Source of the DNA: an uncultured Candidatus Saccharibacteria bacterium
Lineage (GTDB): Bacteria; Patescibacteriota; Minisyncoccia; UBA6257; 2-01-FULL-56-20
Length of the DNA stretch: 64,000 nt
Reading direction: 5' to 3'
Assembly (NCBI GenBank): GCA_965231155.1
Contig: OZ246418.1
Location: forward strand, 573,710-637,709
Below, piece by piece: positions 19,612 through 29,863 of this stretch (positions are counted from its first letter, which is position 1; every line of letters begins with the position of its first letter). The notes below the pieces were generated by a model that was given only the letters and a program-made list of their open reading frames with translations, made no database searches and was not told the origin of the DNA. The position numbers were made by a program, and so were the translations under genes.

Positions 19612-20055
19612 ATGAAAGAGCGTCTCGAGGCAGATTTAAAGAGCGCTTTAAAGAGAGGAGATAGCGAACTTGTTTCGATTATCCGTTTTTTACTTGCTCA
19701 GATTCAGAGCGAAGAGATTAAGAACCGTGGCGAAGGAAAGTCCTCGGTACTTTCTGACGAAGCAGTTATTGCACTTTTAAAGAGTGAGGCGAAACGGCGC
19801 GTTGAGGCGATTGAGATGTTTAAGACTGGCGGTCGAACTGACTTGGTTGCGCCAGAAGAAAAAGCAGTTGCCATTATTCGAGAGTATCTTCCTGCAGAGT
19901 TGGGACGTGACCAGGTTGTCGATGTGGTACGTCGGTTGCGAGCGAATGGTTTTGATGATTTTACGACGCTTATGAAGCAGTCCATGGCGGAACTGAAGGG
20001 GCGCGCTGACGGCAAATTAGTGAGCGAGATTGTTCGAGAGGTCATCAATGGGTAA
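19612..20055 (+). CDS. GatB/YqeY domain protein
   Basis: DLKSALK, KRRVEAIEMF..GGR.DL, YLP, GRADGK. Confidence 0.92.
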   Translation: MKERLEADLKSALKRGDSELVSIIRFLLAQIQSEEIKNRGEGKSSVLSDEAVIALLKSEAKRRVEAIEMFKTGGRTDLVAPEEKAVAIIREYLPAELGRDQVVDVVRRLRANGFDDFTTLMKQSMAELKGRADGKLVSEIVREVING

Positions 20056-20467
20056 TCGGATTACTGTTCATGGATTAGCTCGTCGACCGGGCTTGGCGCG
20101 AGAAGTCGAGAAAATTGCCCAGACAGTACTGGCTTTTTTTCAGCTTCAGTCAAAGGAGTTGGATATTATTTTCCTTGGAGATGAAGAGATGGTTTCTTTG
20201 AAGAAACACTATCTCCCCAAGAAATCGGGACCGGCGAATACATTATCTTTTCCTGCAGGAGATGAGTTTCCGCAACTACCGAATCAACCTGCACCTCTGG
20301 GCGAGGTATTTTTGAATAGCGATCTGACACGGTATCAGATCAAGGAGATTGTTCCACTACTCATCCACAGTATTTTGCATTTATTAGGCTACCACCATGA
20401 GAAGGAGCGTGATAAGATTGAGATGGATCGTTTAGCTTCCGAAGTAGCGGAAGCTTTGCGGAGGTAA
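20048..20467 (+). CDS. ybeY: rRNA maturation endoribonuclease YbeY
   Basis: NTLSFP, LGEVFL, HSILHLLGYHH. Confidence 0.9.
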   Translation: MGNRITVHGLARRPGLAREVEKIAQTVLAFFQLQSKELDIIFLGDEEMVSLKKHYLPKKSGPANTLSFPAGDEFPQLPNQPAPLGEVFLNSDLTRYQIKEIVPLLIHSILHLLGYHHEKERDKIEMDRLASEVAEALRR

Positions 20468-20489
20468 AACTCCGACGACCATTTCTTAA

Positions 20490-21710
20490 ATGGCAGAAAT
20501 TATCACGGGTATCGATATTGGCACTTCGGAAATTAAGGTGGCAGTTGCTGAGAATCGCAATGGCCATCCTAATCTCCTGAAGGTTTTTAAAGAATCATCT
20601 TTAGGTTTAAAGAAGGGAGCGATTACTGACCTTGGAGAAACTGTCCAAGCTTTGTCTAAAGTTTTTGCACAGATTCGCGATGTCTCGAAGTCAGCGACCA
20701 AAAATTTGTATGTGAATATTGGCACTGCTCAGGTTCGTGCGCAACATTCGCGTGGGGTGGCGGCAGTCTCTCGAGCTGATAGTGAGATTTATCAAGACGA
20801 TGTTGATCGGGTAATTCGAGCGAGCCAGATTCTGAATCTTGGTTCGAATCGTATGATCGTGCACACCATTACCAAGGAATTTATTGTTGATGGGGTTGGT
20901 GATATCACTGAGCCAGTTGGTCTCGGAGGAAGTCGTCTGGAGGTAACCACGTTGGTTGTTGATGCGTTCGAACCTCACGTGAAGAGTTTGATTAAAGCCA
21001 TACAGTTGAGTGGCGGTTTTATCAAGGGCATGGCTTTTGATCCATTAATTTCTGCCCGGGCATCGCTCAGTAAGGTGCAGAAAGATTTAGGGACGGTACT
21101 TATTGATATTGGATATGGTACGACCGGTATGGTGGTCTATGAGGAAAAGCGACTACTTGGTGCGGCAGTTTTTCCATTAGGCGCAGCCAATATTACTAAT
21201 GACATTGCGATTGGTTTAAAGATTCCCGTGCAGGCAGCCGAGAGTATTAAGTTGAATTATGGATATGCGGTTTCGAGTGATGTGGCGGCCCGTGATGTAA
21301 TTGACTTGAAGAAGATTTGTGGTGAGGGATATGGTGTTGTTTCTCGACGACTTCTGGCAGAGATTATCGAAGCACGAATGTCTGAGATATTTGAGTTTGT
21401 ACAGTCGGAGTTGAAATTAATGGGTCGGGCTGGTCAGTTGGCGGGAGGAGTTGTCCTCGTCGGTGGTGGGGCCAAGTTGCCAGGGGTCGCTGATTTGGCC
21501 AAAGAGGAACTGCGTTTATCGGCTCAGATTGGCCTAGTGGCTGAGAGAAATGACTGGTTGGGGACGGAAGGTTTGGGAGAGGTTTTTGATGACCCAGAGT
21601 ATGTGAATGTCCTCGGTTTGGTGCTGTGGGGAGGGGACGAGGAGGGGTGGTTCAAGAAGCGACAGAGTGGGTTCAATCTAAAACAGCTTTTTCGGTATTT
21701 TACGCCCTAG
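20490..21710 (+). CDS. ftsA: Cell division protein FtsA
   Basis: GIDIGTSEIK, IDIGYGTT, VLVGGGAKL; precedes ftsZ. Confidence 0.96.
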   Translation: MAEIITGIDIGTSEIKVAVAENRNGHPNLLKVFKESSLGLKKGAITDLGETVQALSKVFAQIRDVSKSATKNLYVNIGTAQVRAQHSRGVAAVSRADSEIYQDDVDRVIRASQILNLGSNRMIVHTITKEFIVDGVGDITEPVGLGGSRLEVTTLVVDAFEPHVKSLIKAIQLSGGFIKGMAFDPLISARASLSKVQKDLGTVLIDIGYGTTGMVVYEEKRLLGAAVFPLGAANITNDIAIGLKIPVQAAESIKLNYGYAVSSDVAARDVIDLKKICGEGYGVVSRRLLAEIIEARMSEIFEFVQSELKLMGRAGQLAGGVVLVGGGAKLPGVADLAKEELRLSAQIGLVAERNDWLGTEGLGEVFDDPEYVNVLGLVLWGGDEEGWFKKRQSGFNLKQLFRYFTP

Positions 21711-21762
21711 CATTATCTCCTTGAGGTAGGTGCTAAAGAATGGTATATATAAGTGAATTTAT

Positions 21763-22995
21763 ATGAAGAAAAAGAAAACGAATCGATCTCAAGGAAGTAA
21801 TATATCCCAGAGCAATATGGGTAATGCATTTGCGCGGATTAAGGTTGTTGGTATCGGTGGTGGGGGAGGGAATGCAGTCTCTCGGATGAGTAAAGATTTT
21901 TCACGAGGGATTGAGTTTATAGCCATCAATACCGATCATCAAGACCTCGATTTTTGCGATGTTCGTAAGAAGATATATATCGGTCGCAACTTGACCAAAG
22001 GATTGGGTACTGGCATGAATCCCGATCTGGGGAAGCAGGCAGCAGAAGAAAATCGTTCTGAAATTGCCGAAGCCCTTCATGGTGCTGATTTGGTTTTTCT
22101 GGCGGCAGGATTTGGTGGAGGAACGGGCACCGGAGCAACGCCGGTGGTGGCGGAGATCGCTAAGCAGATGGGCGCACTGACGCTGGCATTTGTTACCAAA
22201 CCGTTTACATTCGAAGGTGGCCAGAGAGATCGTATTGCTCAGGAAGGCATTGTACGTTTAAAAGATAAAGTTGATGCGTCGATCGTGATTCCCAACGATC
22301 GAATTTTTACGATTATTAGCAAAGACACTCCAATTATCAAAGCCTTTGAGGCGATTGATGACGTGTTGCGTCACGCCCTGCAGGGCATTGTAGATATCGT
22401 GCTTTCTCCGGGATTAATTAACGTTGATTTTGCCGATGTGAAAGCTATTTTACAGGATGCTGGTTCGGCGATTGTGGGAGTGGGTATTGCCACTGGTCAG
22501 GATCGTGCAACGGCAGCTGTTGAGCAGGCATTACGTTCACCATTGCTCGAAGTGAATCCTGATGGTGCAAAGGGAATTCTTTTTGGAATTTCGGGACGTG
22601 ACTTGAAGATGAGTGAGGTAAATGATGCGGCTAAAATGATTGCCCAGATTGCCGATCCTGCCGCACGCATTATCTTTGGTGCATATCATGATAAGCATCT
22701 CAAGGAGAAGCAACTGAAGATTACTTTAATGGCTACTGGTTTTAATGGTGCTGCCGGTGCTCAGATTAACTCTCTTTTTGATAATAAGGCGGATCTGATG
22801 CGTCAGAGTTTTGACGATCTGGCGCCAGTGGAACGTCCTGCAGAGAAAAAACCGGAAAAGACTATAAATCTTGGATACGCTGACATGGAAGATCGATTAC
22901 CTCCACGAGAAATTAAGAAGTCGACTGAGCCAGCCAAGAAGAAGGATGAGGATGTGTGGGATATTCCAACGTTCTTAAGAAAGAGAAAGCGATAG
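21763..22995 (+). CDS. ftsZ: Cell division protein FtsZ
   Basis: GGGGGNAV, GGGTGTG, INVDFADV, C-terminal DIPTFLR. Confidence 0.98.
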   Translation: MKKKKTNRSQGSNISQSNMGNAFARIKVVGIGGGGGNAVSRMSKDFSRGIEFIAINTDHQDLDFCDVRKKIYIGRNLTKGLGTGMNPDLGKQAAEENRSEIAEALHGADLVFLAAGFGGGTGTGATPVVAEIAKQMGALTLAFVTKPFTFEGGQRDRIAQEGIVRLKDKVDASIVIPNDRIFTIISKDTPIIKAFEAIDDVLRHALQGIVDIVLSPGLINVDFADVKAILQDAGSAIVGVGIATGQDRATAAVEQALRSPLLEVNPDGAKGILFGISGRDLKMSEVNDAAKMIAQIADPAARIIFGAYHDKHLKEKQLKITLMATGFNGAAGAQINSLFDNKADLMRQSFDDLAPVERPAEKKPEKTINLGYADMEDRLPPREIKKSTEPAKKKDEDVWDIPTFLRKRKR

Positions 22996-22996
22996 T

Positions 22997-24022
22997 TTAC
23001 TCCTCCTCTGGTTTGGGGAGTTGTTGGATTTCAATACCTGGAGCGAGACCTCCGATACGGAGGACGTCTTTGTCGATTTTTCCTAGTTCTTTGTAAGCTT
23101 GATTGTACATACTGACCGAAGTGCCTAAGTGGGTGCCGAGTTTTTTCATATAAATCTCGTAACTCATCAAATGACGTCCGAGTTCCTGAACACGAGTACG
23201 AATCTCTTTGGCAGAATCTTCTATCTGGAGTGCTTTGAGTCCCTGAAGGACCATTTTTAAATGCGCCAGGAAAGTTGTGGGGGAGACGATGTGAACTTTC
23301 TTTTCAATGAATGCATAGTCGATAAGATCTCGAGTATTCATTTTTACTGCTCCGATCTGATTGATAAGTAAGTCGTAGAAGATTCCTTCAGCAGGAATAA
23401 ACATGAAGGCGAAATCAAGCGTGCCTTCTTCTGGGCGGACATATTTTGCAGTTTCTTCGATACGATTTTTAAGATCTTGGATGAAAATCTTTTCAAGTCG
23501 TTCTCGTTCTGTAGGATCTTTTTCTTCGCGGAGTCGGTTATAGTTTTCTAATGAGAATTTTGAATCAATCGGAATGACCTGATCTTTGAGGAAGATTACG
23601 GCATCAACAATCGTGCCGTCTTTAAAGGCGTACTGCATCTGATACTGACCGGGAGCGAAGACGTTCTTGAGGAGGGTCTCTAGATAGTATTCACCGAGAA
23701 TGCCTCGTTGCTTTGGGTTTTTAAGAATATCCTCGAGGTTTCGTAACTGTTCAGTGAAGCCAATGACCTGACGATTTGTTTCATCGAGTTTGGTGAGTCG
23801 TTCGGTTACTTCTCGGACAATCTTGAGGCTCTCGCCGAACTGGGACTGAATGAGACGCCCCGACTCAGTCATTTTGTTATCGATCGTTCTTGTCAGGTCG
23901 TTTATCTGGTTCTGAATAAGTAACAGACTCTGGTCTCCTTGATTTGGCGCTCCTCGGCGGGCCAAAAAAAAGATAATTACTAAGACCAGTGCGGTCGCAA
24001 TTATAGTCAGAATAGTTTCCAT
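22997..24022 (-). CDS. rmuC: DNA recombination protein RmuC
   Basis: NPKQRGILGE, PIDSKFSL, FAFMFIPAE, VSPTT; ATG 24022 fits TGC-TATGAT promoter 7 nt upstream. Confidence 0.93.
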   Translation of the reverse strand: METILTIIATALVLVIIFFLARRGAPNQGDQSLLLIQNQINDLTRTIDNKMTESGRLIQSQFGESLKIVREVTERLTKLDETNRQVIGFTEQLRNLEDILKNPKQRGILGEYYLETLLKNVFAPGQYQMQYAFKDGTIVDAVIFLKDQVIPIDSKFSLENYNRLREEKDPTERERLEKIFIQDLKNRIEETAKYVRPEEGTLDFAFMFIPAEGIFYDLLINQIGAVKMNTRDLIDYAFIEKKVHIVSPTTFLAHLKMVLQGLKALQIEDSAKEIRTRVQELGRHLMSYEIYMKKLGTHLGTSVSMYNQAYKELGKIDKDVLRIGGLAPGIEIQQLPKPEEE

Positions 24023-24183
24023 TGGATTTATCATAGCATGACGAAAAAGGAAGATAAAACCTTAGTTTTTTAGCCTTTTCTTTATCAGGATGAGGTCGGT
24101 TGGATGCGTTGCTTGGAAGTGTCTTTTGTGCTACAATTTCACAGTAAATAAAGACTGCCTGAAGGCTGTTTTTAATTGAGACT

Positions 24184-26217
24184 ATGGCTAAAGAAAAAAC
24201 AGATAAAAACGAAAAATCAACGAATGGGAGCGCTTCATATAGCGCTAAGGACATTATGGTTCTTGAGGGTCTTGAGCCGGTACGGAAGCGTCCGGGTATG
24301 TATATTGGTTCGACTGGGCCCGATGGTTTACACCATTTAATCTGGGAGGTTGTCGATAACTCGACTGACGAGGCGATGGCTGGTTTTGCCAAGAATATTA
24401 CCGTTGAACTGTTGCCGGACAATATTGTGAGTGTCACTGACGATGGTCGTGGTATTCCGGTAGATATTCACCCACAGACGAAAGTCTCTGCCCTAGAAAC
24501 CGTCTTAACAACCCTTCATGCCGGAGGTAAGTTTGGTGGTGACTCGTATAAAGTTTCTGGAGGTCTACACGGCGTGGGTGTTTCGGTTGTGAATGCTTTG
24601 TCTGTCTGGACTAAAGTTGAAGTTTCGCAGGGCGGTGGTCTTCATATGCAGGAGTATGAACGGGGTAAGCCAAAGAGCAAAGTTAAAAAAATTGGTTCAG
24701 CGAAGAACACGGGAACAAAAGTGATGTTTTCTCCTGATCCAACAATTTTTCAGGAGGTTAAGTTTGATGCCAAGCGCGTGGCTGACTTTTTGCGACAGCG
24801 TACGTATCTCGTGAAGGGGGTACGTATCAATTTTTTCGATCGTCGAGTTACTCCGAATACCGCCCTCTCTTTCTATTTTGAAGGTGGTTTGCAGTCTTTT
24901 TTGAAACATATTGGGCGTAACAAGAAGGCTCTTCAGGAGGAGATTTTTTATGTTGATCGAGAACATGAGGGCATCGAGGTGGAGGCGGCTTTTTTGTATA
25001 TCGACGATCTCGAATCAAAAGAACTGAGTTTCGCGAATAATATTCACACTCCAGATGGTGGTATGCATCTTACTGGTTTCCGTACGGCACTGACGAGGAC
25101 TCTGAATAGTTATGCGCGCGCTGAGAAGTATCTTAAAGAAAAGGATGAGAACTTGACGAGTGAGGATATGCGTGAGGGGTTGTTGGTAGTAGTTTCAGTG
25201 AAGCTTCGTGAACCACAGTTTGAAGGCCAGACAAAGGCTCGTTTAGGGAATCCTGAGGCGCGCACCTCGACGGACGCTGTTGTGTATGAGGCGCTTAAGG
25301 AGTTTTTAGAGAAACGTCCGGCGGAAGCTCGGCGGATTATCGAGAAGGTGCTTTTAGCGGCCAAGGCGCGAAAGGCGGCCAAGGCAGCCAAGGAGACAGT
25401 ACTTAGAAAGGGAGCGCTTGAAGGAATGACTCTTCCAGGAAAATTGGCCGACTGTTCGAGCCGTAAGGCTGAGGAATCCGAGCTTTTCATCGTAGAGGGA
25501 GACTCTGCTGGTGGTAGTGCAAAGCAGGGGAGAGACCGTCATACGCAGGCGATTTTACCATTACGCGGAAAGATTCTGAACGTCGAGAAATCTCGCTTGG
25601 ATAAGATCCTGGCCAACCAGGAGGTTCGTAACTTGGTGGTGGCGGTCGGCACAGCGATCGCTGATGAGTTTGATCTCTCGAAGATTCGTTATCACAAGAT
25701 CATCATCATGACTGATGCTGATGTTGATGGCGCCCATATTCGGACATTATTACTGACGCTTTTTTATCGTTACTTCTTACCAATCATCGAAGCCGGATAT
25801 TTATACGTTGGTCAGCCACCGCTCTACCGTATTCAGTCAGGGAAGACTGTTCAGTACGTGTATTCCGATGACGAAAAAGAAAAGCTGGTAGCAACTTTAG
25901 AGAAGGCCAAGAAGCCAGCAGTTGTTTCTAGAGCTAAGGAGGAGGGTGAGGACGAGGAGGGTTCAGAGCCTCAGGAGGGAGAAGTGAAGCGAGCTTCAGG
26001 GATCAGTATTCAGCGGTATAAGGGTCTTGGAGAAATGAATCCTGAACAGCTTTGGGATACGACCATGGACCCAGAGAAGCGGTTTTTGAAGCAGGTACAG
26101 ATTGATGATGCTGAGGCGGCTAGCCGGCTTTTTGATATCTTGATGGGTGATGAGGTTGGCCCTCGTAAACAGTTCATCCAGACGCATGCCCTCAACGTGA
26201 AAAACATTGACATTTAG
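24184..26217 (+). CDS. gyrB: DNA gyrase subunit B
   Basis: VRKRPGMYIG, EVVDNS, GGLHGVG, EGDSAGG, PLRGKILN, QRYKGLGEM. Confidence 0.97.
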   Translation: MAKEKTDKNEKSTNGSASYSAKDIMVLEGLEPVRKRPGMYIGSTGPDGLHHLIWEVVDNSTDEAMAGFAKNITVELLPDNIVSVTDDGRGIPVDIHPQTKVSALETVLTTLHAGGKFGGDSYKVSGGLHGVGVSVVNALSVWTKVEVSQGGGLHMQEYERGKPKSKVKKIGSAKNTGTKVMFSPDPTIFQEVKFDAKRVADFLRQRTYLVKGVRINFFDRRVTPNTALSFYFEGGLQSFLKHIGRNKKALQEEIFYVDREHEGIEVEAAFLYIDDLESKELSFANNIHTPDGGMHLTGFRTALTRTLNSYARAEKYLKEKDENLTSEDMREGLLVVVSVKLREPQFEGQTKARLGNPEARTSTDAVVYEALKEFLEKRPAEARRIIEKVLLAAKARKAAKAAKETVLRKGALEGMTLPGKLADCSSRKAEESELFIVEGDSAGGSAKQGRDRHTQAILPLRGKILNVEKSRLDKILANQEVRNLVVAVGTAIADEFDLSKIRYHKIIIMTDADVDGAHIRTLLLTLFYRYFLPIIEAGYLYVGQPPLYRIQSGKTVQYVYSDDEKEKLVATLEKAKKPAVVSRAKEEGEDEEGSEPQEGEVKRASGISIQRYKGLGEMNPEQLWDTTMDPEKRFLKQVQIDDAEAASRLFDILMGDEVGPRKQFIQTHALNVKNIDI

Positions 26218-26251
26218 CCATAAATTTGATTACATAGAGTCTTAATAAGCC

Positions 26252-26443
26252 ATGTTTGAGCGCATTAAAGTATTTTTAAAGGAATCTCAGGAGGAGTTCC
26301 GCCATGTAAACTGGCCACCTCGGAGTGAGGCCTTATACCTCACAGGAGTGGTGGTTGTTTTTTCTTTGATTGTGGCTATTCTATTGGGATTTTTTGATGC
26401 CTTCCTTTATTACCTTTTACAAGTCTTCGTCCTTGGAGGCTAA
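26252..26443 (+). CDS. secE: Preprotein translocase SecE
   Basis: E..HVNWP motif and one TM; upstream of nusG. Confidence 0.93.
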   Translation: MFERIKVFLKESQEEFRHVNWPPRSEALYLTGVVVVFSLIVAILLGFFDAFLYYLLQVFVLGG

Positions 26444-26449
26444 TACACC

Positions 26450-27016
26450 ATGACAGAAGTTGAAAAAACAGAAGAAAAAGTGAGCCAGGAGGGACGGCAG
26501 TGGTATGCGATTCATACCTATGCTGGTTATGAAGAGGCGGTGGCTCGTTATCTGAAACAGCGCGTTGAGTCTCTTTCTATGGAGGATAAGATTTTCAATG
26601 TCATTGTTCCAAAGGAGAAGAAGATTAAAGTGCGTGGTGGACGTCGAACGACTGTTGAAGAGAAGATCTATCCTGGATATGTGTTGGTAGAGATGATCTT
26701 GAGTGAGGATTCTTGGTATGTGGTACGAAACACTCCTCGGGTAACTAACTTTGTTGGTGCCGATAGTACGAAGCCAACTCCGCTTTCTCGAACCGAGGTT
26801 GACTCATTGCTGTCTCGCATGGGAGAAGAAGCGCCAAAGATGAATATTGACATTGAGGTGGGCGACCTGGTAAAAATCACTGATGGTCCGTTCAAGGACT
26901 ATGATGGGAAAGTTGAGGAGGTTGATCAGGAGCGCGGACGAATTAAGGTGATGGTGCCAATCTTTGGTCGTGATACCGCTGTTGAGATCGACTCCTTGCA
27001 AGTTAAAAAAGTTTAA
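26450..27016 (+). CDS. nusG: Transcription factor NusG
   Basis: WYAIHTYAGYE, YPGYVLV, VRNTP.VT.FVG, KOW DGPF. Confidence 0.97.
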   Translation: MTEVEKTEEKVSQEGRQWYAIHTYAGYEEAVARYLKQRVESLSMEDKIFNVIVPKEKKIKVRGGRRTTVEEKIYPGYVLVEMILSEDSWYVVRNTPRVTNFVGADSTKPTPLSRTEVDSLLSRMGEEAPKMNIDIEVGDLVKITDGPFKDYDGKVEEVDQERGRIKVMVPIFGRDTAVEIDSLQVKKV

Positions 27017-27022
27017 AAAATA

Positions 27023-27448
27023 ATGGCAAAAATTCTAAAAACGGTTCTTAAATTACAGATTCCAGCTGGTGCTGCAAACCCAGCACCACCAATTGGTCCG
27101 GCGCTTGGTCAGCATGGAGTAAACATTCAGGACTTTTGTAAGCAGTTCAACGAGGCGACAAAAGATATGAATGGTGATGTCATTCCAGCCGAGATCACGA
27201 TTTACGAGGATCGAACATTCACTTTCATTTTAAAAACTTCTCCTGCTTCAGCCTTACTGAAGAAGTATGCTGGTGCTGCGAAGGGTGCTGCGAATCCTTT
27301 GAAGGATAAGATGGGCAGGGTTACCAAAGCTCAGCTTCGCGAAATTGCAGAGAAGAAGATGATCGATTTAAATGCTAATGATGTTGAGGCGGCCGAGAAA
27401 ATTATTTCCGGTACGGCTCGCAGTATGGGAATCCAGATTGTTGATTAG
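27023..27448 (+). CDS. rplK: 50S ribosomal protein L11
   Basis: [22 protein letters not shown]. Confidence 0.98.
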   Translation: MAKILKTVLKLQIPAGAANPAPPIGPALGQHGVNIQDFCKQFNEATKDMNGDVIPAEITIYEDRTFTFILKTSPASALLKKYAGAAKGAANPLKDKMGRVTKAQLREIAEKKMIDLNANDVEAAEKIISGTARSMGIQIVD

Positions 27449-27471
27449 TATTTTTAGGCTTTGTAGATAGT

Positions 27472-27500
27472 AAAAGAACGGGCGCAGGCCCGTTTTTTTT
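27472..27500 (+). terminator. Intrinsic terminator directly after rplK
   Basis: AACGGGC-GCAG-GCCCGTT plus T-run. Confidence 0.85.
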
Positions 27501-27553
27501 GTATCTCGTCCATACTTTATTTTGAGTTTCAACTGGCTTATAATTCATAAACT

Positions 27554-28978
27554 ATGAAAGAACTGCTCCCAACGATGGGCTTGGAGATTCACGCGGAATT
27601 AAAGACCGCGACAAAGATGTTCTGTGACTGTAAGAACGACCCGGATGAGCGAAACCCTAATGTAAACACCTGTCCAGTCTGCTTGGGACATCCTGGCGCG
27701 TTGCCGACTATGAACAAACAGGCGATCGAGGCGGTGATTAAAGTTGGATTAGCAATTGGGGGCAAGATTAATCCGATTACTAAGTTTGATCGTAAGAATT
27801 ATTTTTATCCCGATCTACCAAAAGGATATCAGATTTCACAGTACGACCAGCCATTAGTGTTAGGCGGGAGTCTTTTAGGGATTAATATTACACGTATTCA
27901 TTTAGAAGAGGACGTGGGTAAGTCACAGCACTCTCACGATGGCACGGTGATTGATTTCAATCGTTCGAGTATTCCTTTGATGGAGTTAGTGACTGAGCCC
28001 GATTTTCGTTCGGCCGATCAGGTGGTGGCCTTTGCGCGTGAACTACAGCTCATTCTTCGTTATCTCGATGTTTCGAATGCCGATATGGAAAAGGGGAATA
28101 TGCGTATCGAGGCGAATATTAGTTTGAATATGGGAACCAAGGTTGAGTGTAAAAATATCAACTCCTTTAAGGCGGTTCATGATGCGATTGAGTATGAGAC
28201 TATTCGTCAGAGAGAAATTTTGGAGAAAGGAGAGAAGGTGGTCCAGGAGACACGGGGTTGGAATGAGGTGAAGAAGATCACCGTGAGCCAGCGTCTTAAG
28301 GAGGATGCACATGACTATCGTTATTTTCCCGAGCCGGACCTTCCTCCATTCAAGACTGAAGTCTTTGGTATTGAGGAGCTGAGACGACGACTTCCAGAGC
28401 TTCCTTCAGCGAAGCGTGAGCGCCTAAAGAAAGAGTTTGCTCTTTCTGAGGGGCAGGCTGAAACCTTGGTGTTAGATAAGGAGTTATCAAACTTTTTTGA
28501 GGAGGCGGTCAGTGAGTTGGCGACCTATGATGAGGCGGATACTTCAAAGATTTCAAAGAAAAGTCAGGATTTATTGTTTAACTATCTGACCACGGATCTC
28601 AAGGGATTGGGAAATGAACTAAAGATTGAGTTCAGAGATCTTAAGGTGACTCCAGAACGTCTGGCGCATCTTGTCGATCTCATTGATGAAGGAAAGATTG
28701 GTAGTCATCAAGCCAAGAGTATTTTAAGGAAGATGGTAGAGGAGGATGCTGATCCAGAGCAGGTGATGAAGGATGAGGGTTTAGAGACCATTTCTGATAA
28801 TACCGAACTTGAGAAAACGATTGATGAGGTGATCGCGGAAAATCCGAATGCGGTGGCTGATTATAAAAAAGGAAAAATAGCCAGTCTGCAGTTTATGCTT
28901 GGGAAGACGATGGCGAAGCTTCGGGGTCGTGGTGCACCTGATGTGTTGAAAGAGATTCTTGAGAATAAATTAAAATAG
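27554..28978 (+). CDS. gatB: Asp/Glu-tRNA amidotransferase subunit B
   Basis: GLEIHAEL, FDRKNYFYPDLPKGYQISQ, RIHLEED, YRYFPEPDL. Confidence 0.97.
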   Translation: MKELLPTMGLEIHAELKTATKMFCDCKNDPDERNPNVNTCPVCLGHPGALPTMNKQAIEAVIKVGLAIGGKINPITKFDRKNYFYPDLPKGYQISQYDQPLVLGGSLLGINITRIHLEEDVGKSQHSHDGTVIDFNRSSIPLMELVTEPDFRSADQVVAFARELQLILRYLDVSNADMEKGNMRIEANISLNMGTKVECKNINSFKAVHDAIEYETIRQREILEKGEKVVQETRGWNEVKKITVSQRLKEDAHDYRYFPEPDLPPFKTEVFGIEELRRRLPELPSAKRERLKKEFALSEGQAETLVLDKELSNFFEEAVSELATYDEADTSKISKKSQDLLFNYLTTDLKGLGNELKIEFRDLKVTPERLAHLVDLIDEGKIGSHQAKSILRKMVEEDADPEQVMKDEGLETISDNTELEKTIDEVIAENPNAVADYKKGKIASLQFMLGKTMAKLRGRGAPDVLKEILENKLK

Positions 28979-28982
28979 GATT

Positions 28983-29858
28983 TTAGCGAGAAGGAAGATC
29001 TATCCATTCGATCTCCTTATCCCTTTTAAACCACGTCATCTGGCGTTTGGCATAGCGATAGCTTTCAGTTTCGAGCTGTTGGATCATTTCGCTTTTTGTA
29101 ATTAGTCCGCGGAGGTAGCGTGAGATATAACGATACTCTAGGCCAAGATCTTCAAGTCGTTTGTGGGTGATTTTCTTTGTGGCGAGGAGATTTTGCACTT
29201 CTCGGATCATACCCTTTTTGAAACGTTTCTGTAGTCGTTGATTGATGAGAATCTTTAATTCTTCTGGATCTCTCCGAAGGCCAATTTTAGTGACTTCATA
29301 GGGGGAGGTTTTTTTGAGAACTTCTTCCAAAGAAGGAATTGATTGCACGCTGAGAATCTCCAAGGCGCGAATGAGACGTCGGCGGTTGTGGGGGTCGATA
29401 TTTGAAGCACGCTGTGGATCTAGTATTTTGAGTTTTGAGAATAATTTTTCAGTGTCTAATTTTTCTAACTCTTTACGAAGTATGAGATTTGGTTTTACTT
29501 TCGGAATCAAATAGTCGTAGACGAGGGCGTCGATATAGAGTCCGGTTCCGCCAACGATAATAGGGAGTTTGCCTTTAGCGATGATTTTTTTAATTGCTTG
29601 GCGACCGAGTTTTTGATAACGAGTAACACTGAAAGTTCTTTTTGGATCAGCGACATCTAAGAGATAATGAGATACCCCCTTCATTTCTTTTTCAGTAATT
29701 TTTCCGGTGCCGATATCTAAACCTTTATAGACCTGACGAGAGTCGGCTGAGATGATTTCGCCATTCAGTTTTTTGGCTAATCGCACGCCAAGATCGGACT
29801 TGCCACTTGAAGTGGGGCCGAGAATGACGAGGATTTTTGGTTTAGGAGTTTGCGTCAC
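28983..29858 (-). CDS. miaA: tRNA dimethylallyltransferase
   Basis: GPTSSGKS, SADSRQVY, GGTGLY, YAKRQMTWF. Confidence 0.96.
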   Translation of the reverse strand: MTQTPKPKILVILGPTSSGKSDLGVRLAKKLNGEIISADSRQVYKGLDIGTGKITEKEMKGVSHYLLDVADPKRTFSVTRYQKLGRQAIKKIIAKGKLPIIVGGTGLYIDALVYDYLIPKVKPNLILRKELEKLDTEKLFSKLKILDPQRASNIDPHNRRRLIRALEILSVQSIPSLEEVLKKTSPYEVTKIGLRRDPEELKILINQRLQKRFKKGMIREVQNLLATKKITHKRLEDLGLEYRYISRYLRGLITKSEMIQQLETESYRYAKRQMTWFKRDKEIEWIDLPSR

Positions 29859-29863
29859 AAGAA